In this document: positions 39,943-52,683 of the stretch, piece after piece
How positions within the stretch are numbered: position 1 is the stretch's first letter
Layout of the letters: each line of letters opens with the position of its first letter
Origin: Geosiphon pyriformis uo1
Taxonomy: Eukaryota; Fungi; Glomeromycota
Length of the DNA: 64,000 nt
Assembly (NCBI GenBank): GCA_016748015.1
Contig: JAAOMT010000009.1
Location: 1,964,150-2,028,149, forward strand
Direction: 5' to 3'
The notes under the pieces: generated by a model
The model's input: the letters and a program-made list of their open reading frames with translations, nothing else
Told to the model about the DNA's origin: nothing
The model's database searches: none
Program-made: the position numbers and the translations under genes

Positions 39943-40085
39943 CTGGCATCTACCAACTCAAGAACATAAACATCTATAACCAGTATGAAACTACTAGTAT
40001 CCACTAACTCACAAATGTAAACACCTATAACCAGAAAAAAATTTCTGGCATCTACCAACTCACAAACATAAACATTCTTAATCAG
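39943..40085. repeat. Degenerate 51-bp tandem repeat, 3 copies
   Basis: CTGGCATCTACCAACTCA-like units start at 39943, 39994 and 40045. Confidence 0.8.
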
Positions 40086-43000
40086 TACGAGTAATGACTC
40101 ATGAATTCAAGGAATACCAAAACCCAAATTACCAGTGTTATTAACAACTCAACAATAATAAACAAACATATAATGAATACGAAATACAAAATTGATCACC
40201 AAATGACTGAAATTAAATTTTAGAGTTAGTTGGTGAGGAATTGATAATTGTTAGTCTGTTATCCATGTCTTGCAAAAGTGGTAGAGAAGAGATTTGTTTA
40301 GTTTTAGTTTAGTTTAGTTTAGTTTAGTTTAGTGAAAAGAAGAGGTGAGAAGATATAACCCAGCATGATTAGCAAAAGCATTTGTAATAATTGATTACAG
40401 AGTAACAGGTACTACTTTCGTAATACTAAAGGAGTTATTAGAATTTTCTTTGCTAAGATTCCTAATACTCTTGTATGTTAAAGCTTATCATATTTTTTAA
40501 TTATTTTTTCTATATCTACCTAGCCTATATAAGAATAAAACTTTATTAGTATATAACAAGGCTATCAAGGAAGGGCCAAAAATGTTCACCAGTTGTCAAT
40601 TTTAATAAACTCTTACTATTTACTGCTTATTTTGAATTTTAACTCAGAAATTTAAGATAATCAATATAAAATATGTAAGAGATTGATGTATAATAAAATA
40701 TCATAATTAATATTAGTATTTTTAAATAAAATTTTTTAAATGATAATAGTTTAGTACTAACCTTAAAAATTGCTAACATCAAGCAATAATAAAATAACCA
40801 ATCAAATATCCTTCTTAAGACCTTTTATATAATGTAATCACTTTTTTTCAAGAAATGACAAAATGAGTTTTTCTTATTAATAAAGAAGACTTCGGGAAAA
40901 CTTGAAGATATTATCCTTAAATAAATAGGGGCAAAACCTCAATTTCTAACTTTTGATGCTCTAAAAATTACTAGCCATGTTATATATTGCGTCAAAAATA
41001 ATTTACTGTTGGTTTCTTACAGTATCATATGCTGTATAGAATAAAAGAGAAATGAATAATTTTAAAAGCTAAAGAGTTTGATAAAAAATAGATTATCAAT
41101 TTAAATTTGGAAAATTAAGTGTACTTTCTACAATAGCATAACCACAAATATAAATCCATTCAATTCGAATTTTGGTGGTGGTCTTTAATATAATGAAAAA
41201 TTATTTCAAGAATAAAATTTATTATTTGCTTAATATCTTCAAACCATTCTTGATCGACAAGTAATGAGGAGATCTTTTTAATTTCTTGAAAGGAAAATAA
41301 AACAAAAATTGTCTGTCTTTGGCTTAATTATGCTTTATTCAAGAGCCCTCTCAAGTTAATAAAATATTTTTGCATTAATTTTATTGTCAAACTTTTTTAA
41401 ATTTTTCATCTTATTTCAATATTAAATTTTAATCTAAGCAATTTGAATGATAAAACCATTTTTGAAATTGATTATTTATTAGAAAAAAAAAAAGATAAAA
41501 AATCAGCGAAAATTGAAAATTCAAGCACAAAGATATTTGAAGAAGGGAATTTTCATATTAAATAGAATTGGTTGAAACCCTTTTTTTTGTTTCTTAATTA
41601 ATTGCAACATTCTTAACGATATTAAATAAAATACGTATGAATAATTTGTTTGTTTCTTCAGAAATTAGAAAGCCCTATCTGTTTATAATAAAAGATAGGT
41701 AAATCTTTTTCAAAGTAAAAAACCTTGCCAAGAATAATAAATTACATAGAGAATAGATAAAATCTTATTTTTAATTTTTTGCTTTAATTGAACTTTTAAT
41801 TGATGTTTTCTTTTTCATATTTTTTGAAAATTTATAAGGATATTAACCATTTGCAAGTCTAGATAATTTTGTTATATAAGTATTACTTGAAAAAATAGAA
41901 ACTAGATTGCCGCAATAATCTTTTAGATTTTAATGTTGGAAAATATAATTAAATACAGAAAATCCAAAAATTTATATGCTGTTTAAATTCTGAGTTAACA
42001 TGTGTAGAAAAAAAGGGAAACTTAAAGTTAATTAATTAATGTTTAATGTTGGCTACATTTCTTGGAGATCTTAAAACCATTTTGGATCAGATTATTTTAT
42101 TTGACAATTGGATAAAAAAAAATACTAATAATCTTTTATTTTATTAACTGTGATTTATCTAGGCGATACATATGCAATAATTCTATTTGAAATGTCAATG
42201 TTCCATTGAATTAGTTTTTTAAAGGTTTGCATCTTCTACAGAAATTATCAAAGACATGGTTTGAAAATTTTGATTGGAAATACATATAATTTTAACTGTC
42301 TGATGGTTTTACTAGATTTTTTAAATCAAGCAGAAAAAATAGATGAAAAAACAAAGTTAGTCTTTATTTTCTAGATAATTCGGTATTGAAATAAGTAATA
42401 TTTTTCAATTCTTTTTTAATATATAAATCAAAATCCTTTTTTTAAAGAATAAAAATCAAAATAAGAGAAACACCAAAGCACAGAATTAGCTAATTTTAGA
42501 AAAACTTGAATGATGCTGGATCTAAAAAATTTTGAATTACATACAGTCATCATAAAAGATAACTGATAATTTTCATTTTCTTATTGTTAATTCATCTGTT
42601 TCCAAACTTAAACATTTAGAGTGAAAGAAATTTTTGTAAAGTTAATGATCTCAGTATTTATCTATTATGTTTGTTTTTTCTCATGAACTTATTTAGAGTT
42701 TACCACCAAAATTTTGAAATAGAATATTAATCTTATTAATTACAATATCTTTAATTTATTATCTAATAATTTTTTATTGTTTGGAAATCGATTTAATGCT
42801 GCTTTTTTTTATAACCTCTAAACTGAGTGTTGAAAATTTTTATCATGATCAAATTTCCTTCCCTTTTTTATATATGTTTGAATGCCTGGATAGCATTTTT
42901 ACCTTATTTTTATATTACATCTCAAAGATAAAATTCTCAAATTTACATATTTCTAGCTGACAAATGGATCCAAAATTTTCAAAACAAAAAGATATATTGT

Positions 43001-44053
43001 CATGCAACATGTTTTACTTTGACACCAATATATGAAATTTGTTTAAAGAACAATTGACCTTTTTATTGCTTCAGGATAACCGGATTATAATATTGATGTC
43101 AGGTAAGCAAAAGTATCCGATTCTTTGTAGAACAAATTTGGAGCTAAGATTTTCCAAGATGAAAAATGACATCTTTGCTGATCATTCATACCTTTTATAG
43201 ATTAATAGATCTTCTATATCAGGTATTTTATAATCATCAAGTTCTATGACGCAAAATTTCTCTTCCAATACACAAGGGATAGAAAATCGTTTTTTCAAAT
43301 AAACATCCCAAAAGCCCCGAAATTTGGATTTGTAGCCGCAGCAAAGTATATCCATTGCTGTAAGTCTACAGCACTTCATTGGGTTAAGACCTAAGTGATC
43401 AACCAAAAGCTGATCGAAATCGAATCATGGCCCTTAAACATTGTATAACTTGTAAAAAAAAATTCATCTAACCACCACTGATATACAACGGGAAATGAAA
43501 AACTAAAGTTTAAATTTAGTATAGACCCTATTCAACAACGCTTATGTGAAGGTAAAGCTAAATATAGCTAAGCTTTCCAAACCTTTACTCACTGACAAAC
43601 ATAAAAAAATTGCTTGCGGTGGGCTAAAAATCATAAAGGTTTTGACTGGAATCGAGTTGTATTTTCAGACAACAGAACATTTCATCTAAACCACCCAACA
43701 TTAAAAGTTTGACAGTTTTCTGGACGAAAAAAATTATTCCGGCCTATGAAATACCATTAAAGATCAACGTGTGAAACTATTTTACAGCTTTTAACACAAT
43801 CTCAATGCTAATTTTATCATTACAATATACAAACGACATATGTCTCTTGTAAAACGAATTTATATTTTCAAAAATTTATTTATTAATAAAATTAAGATTT
43901 TATTTAGAGCTTTATTATTAGTCATTGTTAAATTACAAGTTTTATTATATATTTCTTTAAATATTGTACACAATAAAACATTACACAAATAAAGAAATGC
44001 TAAAAACTTTTCAAAGTTACGTTTATTGCTTTCAAGGTTTCAAGGACTTTTGT

Positions 44054-45365
44054 TATCTATAAAAAACAAGTATATATATGTATTGTCACATGATCAAGTT
44101 TGTATTTGCGATTAATCAAGAAGAAAATGTGCACGCGATAGACCTTCAATTATCTGGTGTGCCGCAAGGGGTTTGTAGAAACATTCCTCTTCAATCGTTA
44201 AGAAGACCACGGCCGACTTTCGTTGAACACCTGATAGACCTTCCAGCGAAACTCACTTTGAAAAAGTTACATAAGAACAAAGAGAGAGAGAGGAAGGGGA
44301 GGAAGGGAGGACGAAGGCCTTTTGCTGTAATTAAGTCATCTATAAAAAACATGAATATATGAGTATTGTCACATGATCAAGTTTGTATTTGCGATTAATC
44401 AAGAAGAAAATGTGCACGCGATAGACCTTCAATTATCTGGTGTGCCGCAAGGGGTTTGTAGAAACATTCCTCTTCAATCGTTAAAAAGACCACGGCCGAC
44501 TTTCGTTGAACACCTGATAGACCTTCCAGCGAAACTCACCTTGAAAAAGTTACATAAGAACAAAGAGAGAGAGAGGAAGGGCAGGAAGAGAGGACGAAGG
44601 CCTTTTGCTGTAAATAAGTCATCTATAAAAAACATGTATACATGAGTATTGTCATGATCAAGTTTGTATTTGCGATTAATCAAGAAGAAAAATGTGCACG
44701 CGATAGTCCTTCAATCATCTGGTGTGCCGCAAGGGGTTTGTTGGAAACATTCCTCTTCAATCGTTAAAAAGACCACGGCCGACTTTCGTTGAACACCCGA
44801 TAGATCTTCGATCTTCTGGTGTGCCGCAAGGGGTTTGTTATAACATTCCTCTTCAATCGATAAGAAGACCACGGCCAACTTTCGCTGATCACCCGATTGA
44901 TTTTTAATCATCTGGCGTGCCGCAAGGGGTTTGTTGGAAACATTCCTCTTCTATCGCTAAGAAGACCACGGCCAACTTTCGCTGATCACCCGATAGATCT
45001 TCGATCTTCTGGTGTGCCGCAAGGGGTTTGTTATAACATTCCTCTTCAATCGATAAGAAGACCACGGCCAACTTCGTTGATTACCTGATAGACCTTCAAT
45101 TATCTGGTGTGCCGCAAGGGGTTTGTTAGAAACATTCCTTTTCTATTTTTAAGAGGACCACGACCAACTTTCGTTGAACACCTGATAGATCTTCCAGCGA
45201 AACTCACCTTGAAAAAGTTACATAACAAAGAGAGAGAGGAAGGACAGAAAGGGAGGATGAATGGCTTTTGTTGTTAATAAGTCATCTATAAAAAAGATGT
45301 ATATGAGTATTGTCACATGATCAAGTTTGTATTTGCGGTTAATCAAAAAGAAAAATGTGCACGCG
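44054..45365. repeat. Nested tandem repeat: ~282-bp units containing a ~96-bp core, 7 cores in total
   Basis: ATGATCAAGTTTG at 44090, 44373, 44654 and 45318; CTGGYGTGCCGCAAGGGGTTTG at 44154, 44437, 44719, 44816, 44912, 45009 and 45104. Confidence 0.93.
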
Positions 45366-45499
45366 ACAAGTCCAAGATAATTATAGAGGACAATTATCTT
45401 AAAAAATCTCCCGAAAAATTTTTTCTTTTCATTTTATTTTTTAACGCTTAAACTTTTTAACAAGTACAACACCCAGCGAAACTCACCTTATATAGGAAC

Positions 45500-45890
45500 G
45501 AAGAGAGAGAAAATGACAGGAAGGGAGAACAAAAAAAAAGAAAAAAGGAGGGAATGGAAGAAACGGGGGACGAAAAAAAGGAAAGGAAAGAATGAAGGAA
45601 GGAAAAAAATAAAGAAAGGAAAAGAAGAAAGGGAAGCGATAAAGAAGAGAAGAAGGGAAGCGATAAAGAAAGGAAGAGGCGATAAAGAAAGGAAGAGAAG
45701 GAAAGGAAGCGATAAAGAAAGGAAGAGAAGAAAGGGAAGCGATAAAGAAAGGAAGAGAAGAAAGGGAAGCGATAAAGAAAGGAAGAGAAGAAAGGGAGGT
45801 GATAAAGGAAGGAAAGGAACGAAGGGAAGCGAAGTGATAAAGAAATGAAGAGAGGCGATAAGGGGAAGGAATGGAACGATAAAGGAAGCA
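45500..45890. repeat. Purine-rich region with a 30-bp minisatellite (GCGATAAAGAAAGGAAGAGAAGAAAGGGAA)
   Basis: Directly visible. Confidence 0.88.
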
Positions 45891-46040
45891 AGGGCTGTTT
45901 TTATATAAAAAATTTTTCGAATTATGAGGTCATTCGTTATAAACATAGCCCTGCCTTCGAAATGATGTAATTTTAGAACAGCAGCTCATCTTAACTAAAA
46001 AAGGATTGGTTGTTTTGATCAAAAATATTTTTAATCATTA

Positions 46041-46315
46041 TTTTTTTTATGAGCGAAGATAAAGTGAAAGATAGAAAATGTCTATCAATATCTATCTCAT
46101 GTTAGCGGTGCCAGGTTCACACAAAACTAAATGGGCGTAAAGCACAAACTCCGAACCCTTAAAATTTTTTTAAGCACTAATTTTTTTTATGAGCGAAGAT
46201 AAAGTGGAAGATAGAAAATGTCTATCAAGATCTATCTCATGTTAGCGGTGCCAGGTTCACACAAACTACATGGGCGTAAAGCACAAACTCCGAACCTTTA
46301 AAATTCTTCTAAGCG
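46041..46315. repeat. 140-bp tandem duplication
   Basis: TTTTATGAGCGAAGATAAAGTG...CTCCGAACC units at 46041 and 46181. Confidence 0.9.
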
Positions 46316-46637
46316 AGGAATTTTTTTTTGTCATCTCCCTGCCATATCCCTGTTATCATTATTATTGTTTCGAATCTTAATTACAGACCTCATGTGTCAA
46401 TATTTGTAAATATGGAGGGTACTATAGGAGGGGGATACTATAGGCAGTGCTCGTAAAGATGACTGGTGTTATGGTTCTTTTTTTTTTTCTTGAAGCAGAA
46501 AATTCTAGCAATTTCTATTGGCTAGCAAAGGTTTTTGGGAGTTTAAATTTGAATTTATAATACTAATTAAATACTGTAAATATTACTTTAAAATCTTTAC
46601 TAAAAGAAGAAATTTTTGAAAAAAAGAATGAAAAATG

Positions 46638-47079
46638 GGAAAAATCAGATTTTTATGTAGTTCGAAATATCAAAGAGTAGATTTTCTCACAAAATCAAAC
46701 TCTTGAAAGCGTTTTTCAACTTGTCTCCAAAAAAATTCATCAGCCAAAATTCGCTTCTAACAAAAAAGCACTGAAACTGGTTATTTATTAGGTCAAGCTC
46801 GATATGGGTATTGTTATATTGCCTTGGTTGGGAACCAGTCAAAATAAGCACTAAACTTTTGTCTAGTTCAAAAAAGCAGCCAAGACTTGTAATATTGTAG
46901 TCCATACTAATCTTGCCAGTTGCTATAAACAGTGACGAGGAATTAATGCGAATAGTCTAAAGGCATTCTATTGGTATCAGAAGGCAGCCGCAGTTGGGAA
47001 TCTCGGATTACAGTTTGAACTTACTAGCTTTTATTCCATTGGATATGATGTAAGAAAGATTTTACAATGGCATTTCTAA
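46638..47079 (+). pseudogene. Sel1-repeat protein pseudogene
   Basis: Fragments GYLLGQARYGYCY, GTSQNKH*TFV*FKKAA and NLASCYKQ*RGINANSLKAFYWYQKAAAVGN, with stops and frameshifts. Confidence 0.78.
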
Positions 47080-50065
47080 ACCTCAAATGGGATTAGTTTA
47101 CATTTAAACTCGAAGTTCGTATTTCTATCAAATTATTATTGTTAAATTATAAGTAATTCAATCCTAAAATTTAAATTTTACAAAAGTAATTTATTAAGCT
47201 AGGAAATAAAATATTAGTTGCAAATATTTCAATAAAGCCTTAAAGGTTTCTCTTTTTAATTGAATGTCATTGCTTGTTTAGCGACTCCCATTCTACAATT
47301 TTTCTATATTTCACTTCCATTCACATTTAAATCACCTGGATAAAAGCAAGAAAAAAGCATTTTATTAAAGGAGGTAGCATTACTTATACAAATAAGCAAC
47401 CATATTAGTTTTATTTTGTTTATTTACCTATTTTGTTTTATTTAATTTTCTTGTTTTATCTTATTATAACAGTAATATATTGTTTGTTCATTAATAAAAA
47501 AATTTAATAAAACAAAACAATATAAAAAAATACAAATAATAAAAAACATTATTTTATTCTTAATTTATAACTAAAAAAATATATAAAATTATTAAAATAA
47601 TTATTGAAAAATTGTTAATTTTTTCTATTTATTGTTAATTTCATTTCAATATTATTACTATTTAATATTGTTGTTGTTACCCAACAGAAATTATCAATTA
47701 TTAAATAAAAAATTCTTTTTTGTATAACTACATATTATGTATATATACAGTAGTTTTTAACTTTAAATTCTTTTATAGATCAATTATTTATTTAATAGTT
47801 CAATAAATATTTGTTAGCTACTGTATTAAACAATTAGCTTAAAAATATTGTTAAAAATTATTCTTTAATTAAAATAAAATTACTAATGAAATTATTAAAA
47901 TTTAGAAAATTAATAATTTAAACAAATAATTTGTTATTAAAATTATTTACATAATAAAAGCAAAATTCATAATACATATATCGATAATTTGTAATATCTT
48001 AAAAAACTATAATTGAAAGTATTTAATATTTAAAACAAATACAATAATTTCAATAAAAACAACACTAAAAATACGAATATTAAAGTTCACTTGTGTTTTT
48101 GAAAAACTATTTTACTCATTGTTCTTTAAATAATTTACCAGATTAATTTTTAGATTATAAATATTATTAAAAAAAGTGTAAACTAGCAATTATACGTTTA
48201 CAACTACCAAGAATCTATTTCAATAATACTACCTTATTGTTGGTCTTTGTTATTAATAATTATTTTATTGTTGTTTGATTATTTTGTTGTTCAAACTAAT
48301 TATTTTGTTGTAGTTGCTATTAGTTTACATTCAGGTTTTAAGAATGTTTTTTCTTGAATAATTGGTTGTTTAAAAAGAGAGAGCAGCAGTTCAAAAAATT
48401 TTGGAAAGTAATTTTAAGCACATTAAATATATTTGTAAAAATTATTTGGTTAATTGTAAGAATTGTTGTATAATATATTTAATGGAGCAAAAACAAAAAT
48501 TATTTTATCAAATTTTCAGATATTTAAACATATGTATTTTTAATCTAAAAATAAATAATTTTTAAAATAATATTACATACCATGTTATAAGTTTTATTTA
48601 TTTCTCCATGTGCAATTTTTAAATGAATTCACAATGTATTTTATATAATTTTTCTTTTAGACATGGTGGCTTTTTTATTTTTTTATGATAAAGTATGTCT
48701 TGATTTACAAATTTGTACAATTTCAAATGTAGTTTGTAGCCAATAATTTAACAATTTCAATAATATCAAGAACCTTAAAATTGCACCAATTGCAAGATCC
48801 TAGTACAATAAAAAATATGTGAAGTTAAAAATTGGATTTACCCTCCAAACTGAAAGCCACGAACAGAAGCTGAATTGGAGGAGACAATCTTTACGCGTAG
48901 AATGCTATTACATTAGAGACAATTCTTTCAATTTATTAACTGGATACCAAAGCATTTTAAAGAAGTTATAAAAAGAAAGGCTTATATTGAAGTTTTTTTT
49001 TCATTAATAAAGATATAGTAAAAAAAAATTTACTTTTATTACATGTATGGGGTAAAAATAATTTGGTATAATTTATTATCCTGAGAATATATCGTCCAGA
49101 ATATATGAAACAGACATGTTTTTATCGTCATTCCTTATTCATTATCAGATCCAAAAATTCAATATTTTAGAATTTTTTAAACTTGCAAATTCGAAATATT
49201 TTTATTTGCCAAAAAAGTATATATATTATTTTCCTTTTTAAAGATTCAAGCAATTAATTGAATTCAAAAAACTGAAAATAACACACATAAAAAATTGAAT
49301 ACAATAAAAACAAACAAAACTAAATGAGAAATAGGAAATGGGAAATTGGAAATTGGTTATGGTTTGGCATTTGTCAAATATAAACTTCTGATTATTTAGA
49401 TAACTTTAATTGCTGCAAAGTGCTTGTGATAAAACCTTTTCGTAAAATTAAACTACCCTATTTTGTTTTACTAAAAACATTAAAAATGATAAAATCTTTA
49501 ATGCTGTTAACATCAAAACGAAAAATTCTTTCTTTTTTGAGATTGAAATAAAAAAAACTCGTATATATGGTTTCCCTTTAGTTAAATCTAGATGCATATT
49601 TACTTTGGATTCAATTTATCAACTGCTAATTTAAAATATTTTAAAAAATGCTTGAATTTAAAATAAAGTGATTGATGAATAAATAAAATTTGTTGCAAAA
49701 AGTTTATCATTTAAAACAACACCACAACATTAATATCACTGTATTTAAATAATTTTAATAATTTTTAAGATTTAGTCTTTAATTTGAGATTTAGAAATAT
49801 ACATGTATATACCATAAATAATTTTTGAAACATAATTTGTCTGTCAGTAATAGCTTGCTACAGATTACTCAGGAATATTTCATAGATAAATAGTAACTAA
49901 TGTTATGTTGATATATGTAATAATTAGAATTCCGAAATATCTTGATTATTACTCTTTCCGATTGTGAATTTTTTACATCATATATCTAACCAAATAGTTT
50001 CGGGACTTTTGATTGTACTACTAAAAATATCCATTTGACCGTCGCTGATAAGCAGGGTTGACTTT

Positions 50066-51394
50066 TTACAAATATAAAGGTGGATTCGCCCAATGTGTAC
50101 AATCTGCTTTATGCCGGTGGTTCCCTTCATTGTGTATAAAGGTGAAATTCTCTAAGCAACTACAAAATATTAAAATTAGTTCAATATCGTGGTTTTATTT
50201 CTTTTATACTTTCAAATTTGAAAAAAACAGAAATTGTTCATGAGGCTTACATCCAACAAAATTCAAACCCACAACCAGGAGCCCTACAAGTCATATGATC
50301 ACAGCCACCATCTTTTTGAATGTTTGCGTTGCATTTAGGACACGCTTTCGTCTCGGCTTTAATTAAGGCTTCAGTCAGAGCTAAAGACTCTTTCCTCACC
50401 CTTTTCTGTTTTAGTTTTGCCAAGTGTTTATCTCGTTTTTTCCGGGCTTTTTCCGGGGAACCTCTTTCATTGGATATGAGTTTCGTCGCGAAATGAAAAA
50501 CACATTTTCTTGATCGTACGAAAAGCTGACTATTTGATGTAGAAGCTACTGTTGTTAAGGAAGACCTTTCAGGTGCACATTGAGAACATTCTAGGCCAGT
50601 GTGAATTGGCAATTTATGTATGATGCAAGTCTTCCGTGAGCATTCTTTACAAGTCATTATTGGTGCTGCCACTGTCAAAAGAGGGAAAAATATGGTGAAT
50701 TTCAAGTAAAATTGTTATCGTGCAATTCGAAAGGTTTCCAAAGACCTTGAAAACGATGGGTCTAAAAAATCGATTAATCTTACCTCCATCCACATGAATT
50801 TGTCCAGAATTGCAGCCTAAGCACCAATAAAATTCAGGAATTTGTGACAGAGCAAAATTTAGTGTTAATCTTTGATATCTAAAGGTAAAAATTTAGGTCA
50901 GTTGAGAATGGTATTTTTTCCTTTAATAATTACTTCCTTTTTGTGTCTCACCTCTCATATATTGCCACACTAGAAAACCTCTTCACATCACTCTCTGCCA
51001 TAACATTCATACATCCGTCTCCATTTGGACATAAAATTCGAAAATTGCCTTTATCTTCAAGTTCATGAGCAATATAGGCTGTAACACAACTCTGACACAC
51101 ATTAATCTGATGGACGCATTCTTTAGTGGCACCCAAAAATGGTTCCATTTCAACCTTGAATTCTTCAGCACAAATAATGCATTCTCGAAATATTTCAGAT
51201 GTCTCAGGGTATTCATTACTAGGAGGGTACCAACCAGTCAAATTGATATATGGTTCAGTTCCTTCAATTTGACAGCTGTATTTGCGGTAAGCTTTGAACC
51301 AAAGATCGGCTAATTCAACTTCTAGATTGTCTGAGATATGTGCATTGAATGCCAGAGATTTGTGGGTATTCGGGATACTTGGACCTTCTCTCAT
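50066..51394 (-). CDS. RBR E3 ubiquitin ligase, paralog of 24033-25661, 4 exons
   Basis: [33 protein letters not shown]; IBR; [30 protein letters not shown]|CL; same three intron positions as the first copy. Confidence 0.9.
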
Positions 51395-52642
51395 AATTTG
51401 AATTAAAGATTGAAAATTTTTGATAAAGAATAGATTATTGAGGACAATGAAAAAAATGTTTCTCAGGAATCATACAAAAATGTGAGAGGTATATATATAT
51501 ATAGTGATGTGTCAGGTATCTTGAAATTGGTTGATATATAAATAATTTAAATAAGAAATTGGGTCATATAAACGATAAAAATGAGAAATAGAATCTCATA
51601 CAATTTTCATTTTGGACTTCGGGCTCACTTTTGTTTCACCTGAATTGGGAATTTTCCGTCATAGTGTTATCATCAATTATTAATTTGATGGGTTATACAC
51701 ACATGCTTACACAGATTTGTGGTTCTAAATTTAGAGAGATGGATTTCTCATCTTTTGAAACGGTCATTGTTTTTAATTCCAGAAATTGATGAAGAAAATG
51801 AAATGTTACCCCAAAATCCGACTATGATTGAGTAAAAAAAAAATTAATTGACCATTTTTATAACTTCCTAAATAGTAAATCTTTGATGCTACGTCAAATA
51901 AGTTTAGAAATTCTACGATCCACAAGCTTACACATGGTGAGACAATCTTAGGTTTTTTGAGAATTTTTAAGAATCATCGAATTGGTTCAGATAAATTTTT
52001 TTTTTTTTGGGACCTAGAACAAAGATAATTAGAAGTATAATGTGCAATATCGAAAAGACTTTTTTTAGTGTTTGAATTTATCTTGAAATTAAAAGGTTTC
52101 TTCGTCGTCATTGTGATTAAAGATTTAAATTGAAAGAATTCGATTTCAAAAATTCGATCGGCTTATTTAGAGTCATCTTCAGGCCCTCTTCTTAAATTAA
52201 ATATACGTACTTAATTTCTGCTTTTAATCTGTAAGTCTGATCATCACCGTTCTGAGAATTTGGCAGAACGAGTTAATTGTTCTTTTTTTTTTTCACATTT
52301 CCCAAATCAGTTCAATAATCGGCTTTGTTCAATACTACAAATGATAACCATAAGCACGGATTAACTCTCCCGTTTGTGGAAAAATTTTCGGTGATTTATG
52401 TAAAATCTGATTTATAGGGCAAATAAAGGGAACCTTTAATTTTTTTTTACTTGTTATACCTAATTGTTCATTTACACTTTCCCAAAAGTATTTCTTTAAT
52501 TTATTCATAGGAGTTTTAATTGCTTTTAACAAATATTGATCTTTTCATATTCAAAATTCCAAGCATCATTATTTAATCAATGTGTCACCTGCATATTAAA
52601 AAAATAAATGTGCTTTGTAATATCACCTACATCATCTAAATG

Positions 52643-52644
<2 letters not shown>

Positions 52645-52683
<39 letters not shown>
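52645..52683. repeat. (AAT)n microsatellite
   Basis: Directly visible. Confidence 0.9.

Noticed and set aside
43182-43406. 74-aa ORF
   Set aside because: No motif, non-ATG start, no supporting exons.
44054-45365. CRISPR array, or ORFs in the repeat block
   Set aside because: The sequence between cores is itself repeated, so there are no unique spacers; no cas genes; eukaryotic context. The ORFs are repeat by-products.
45457-45946. K/R/E-rich and F/L/S-rich ORFs
   Set aside because: Translations of a purine minisatellite.
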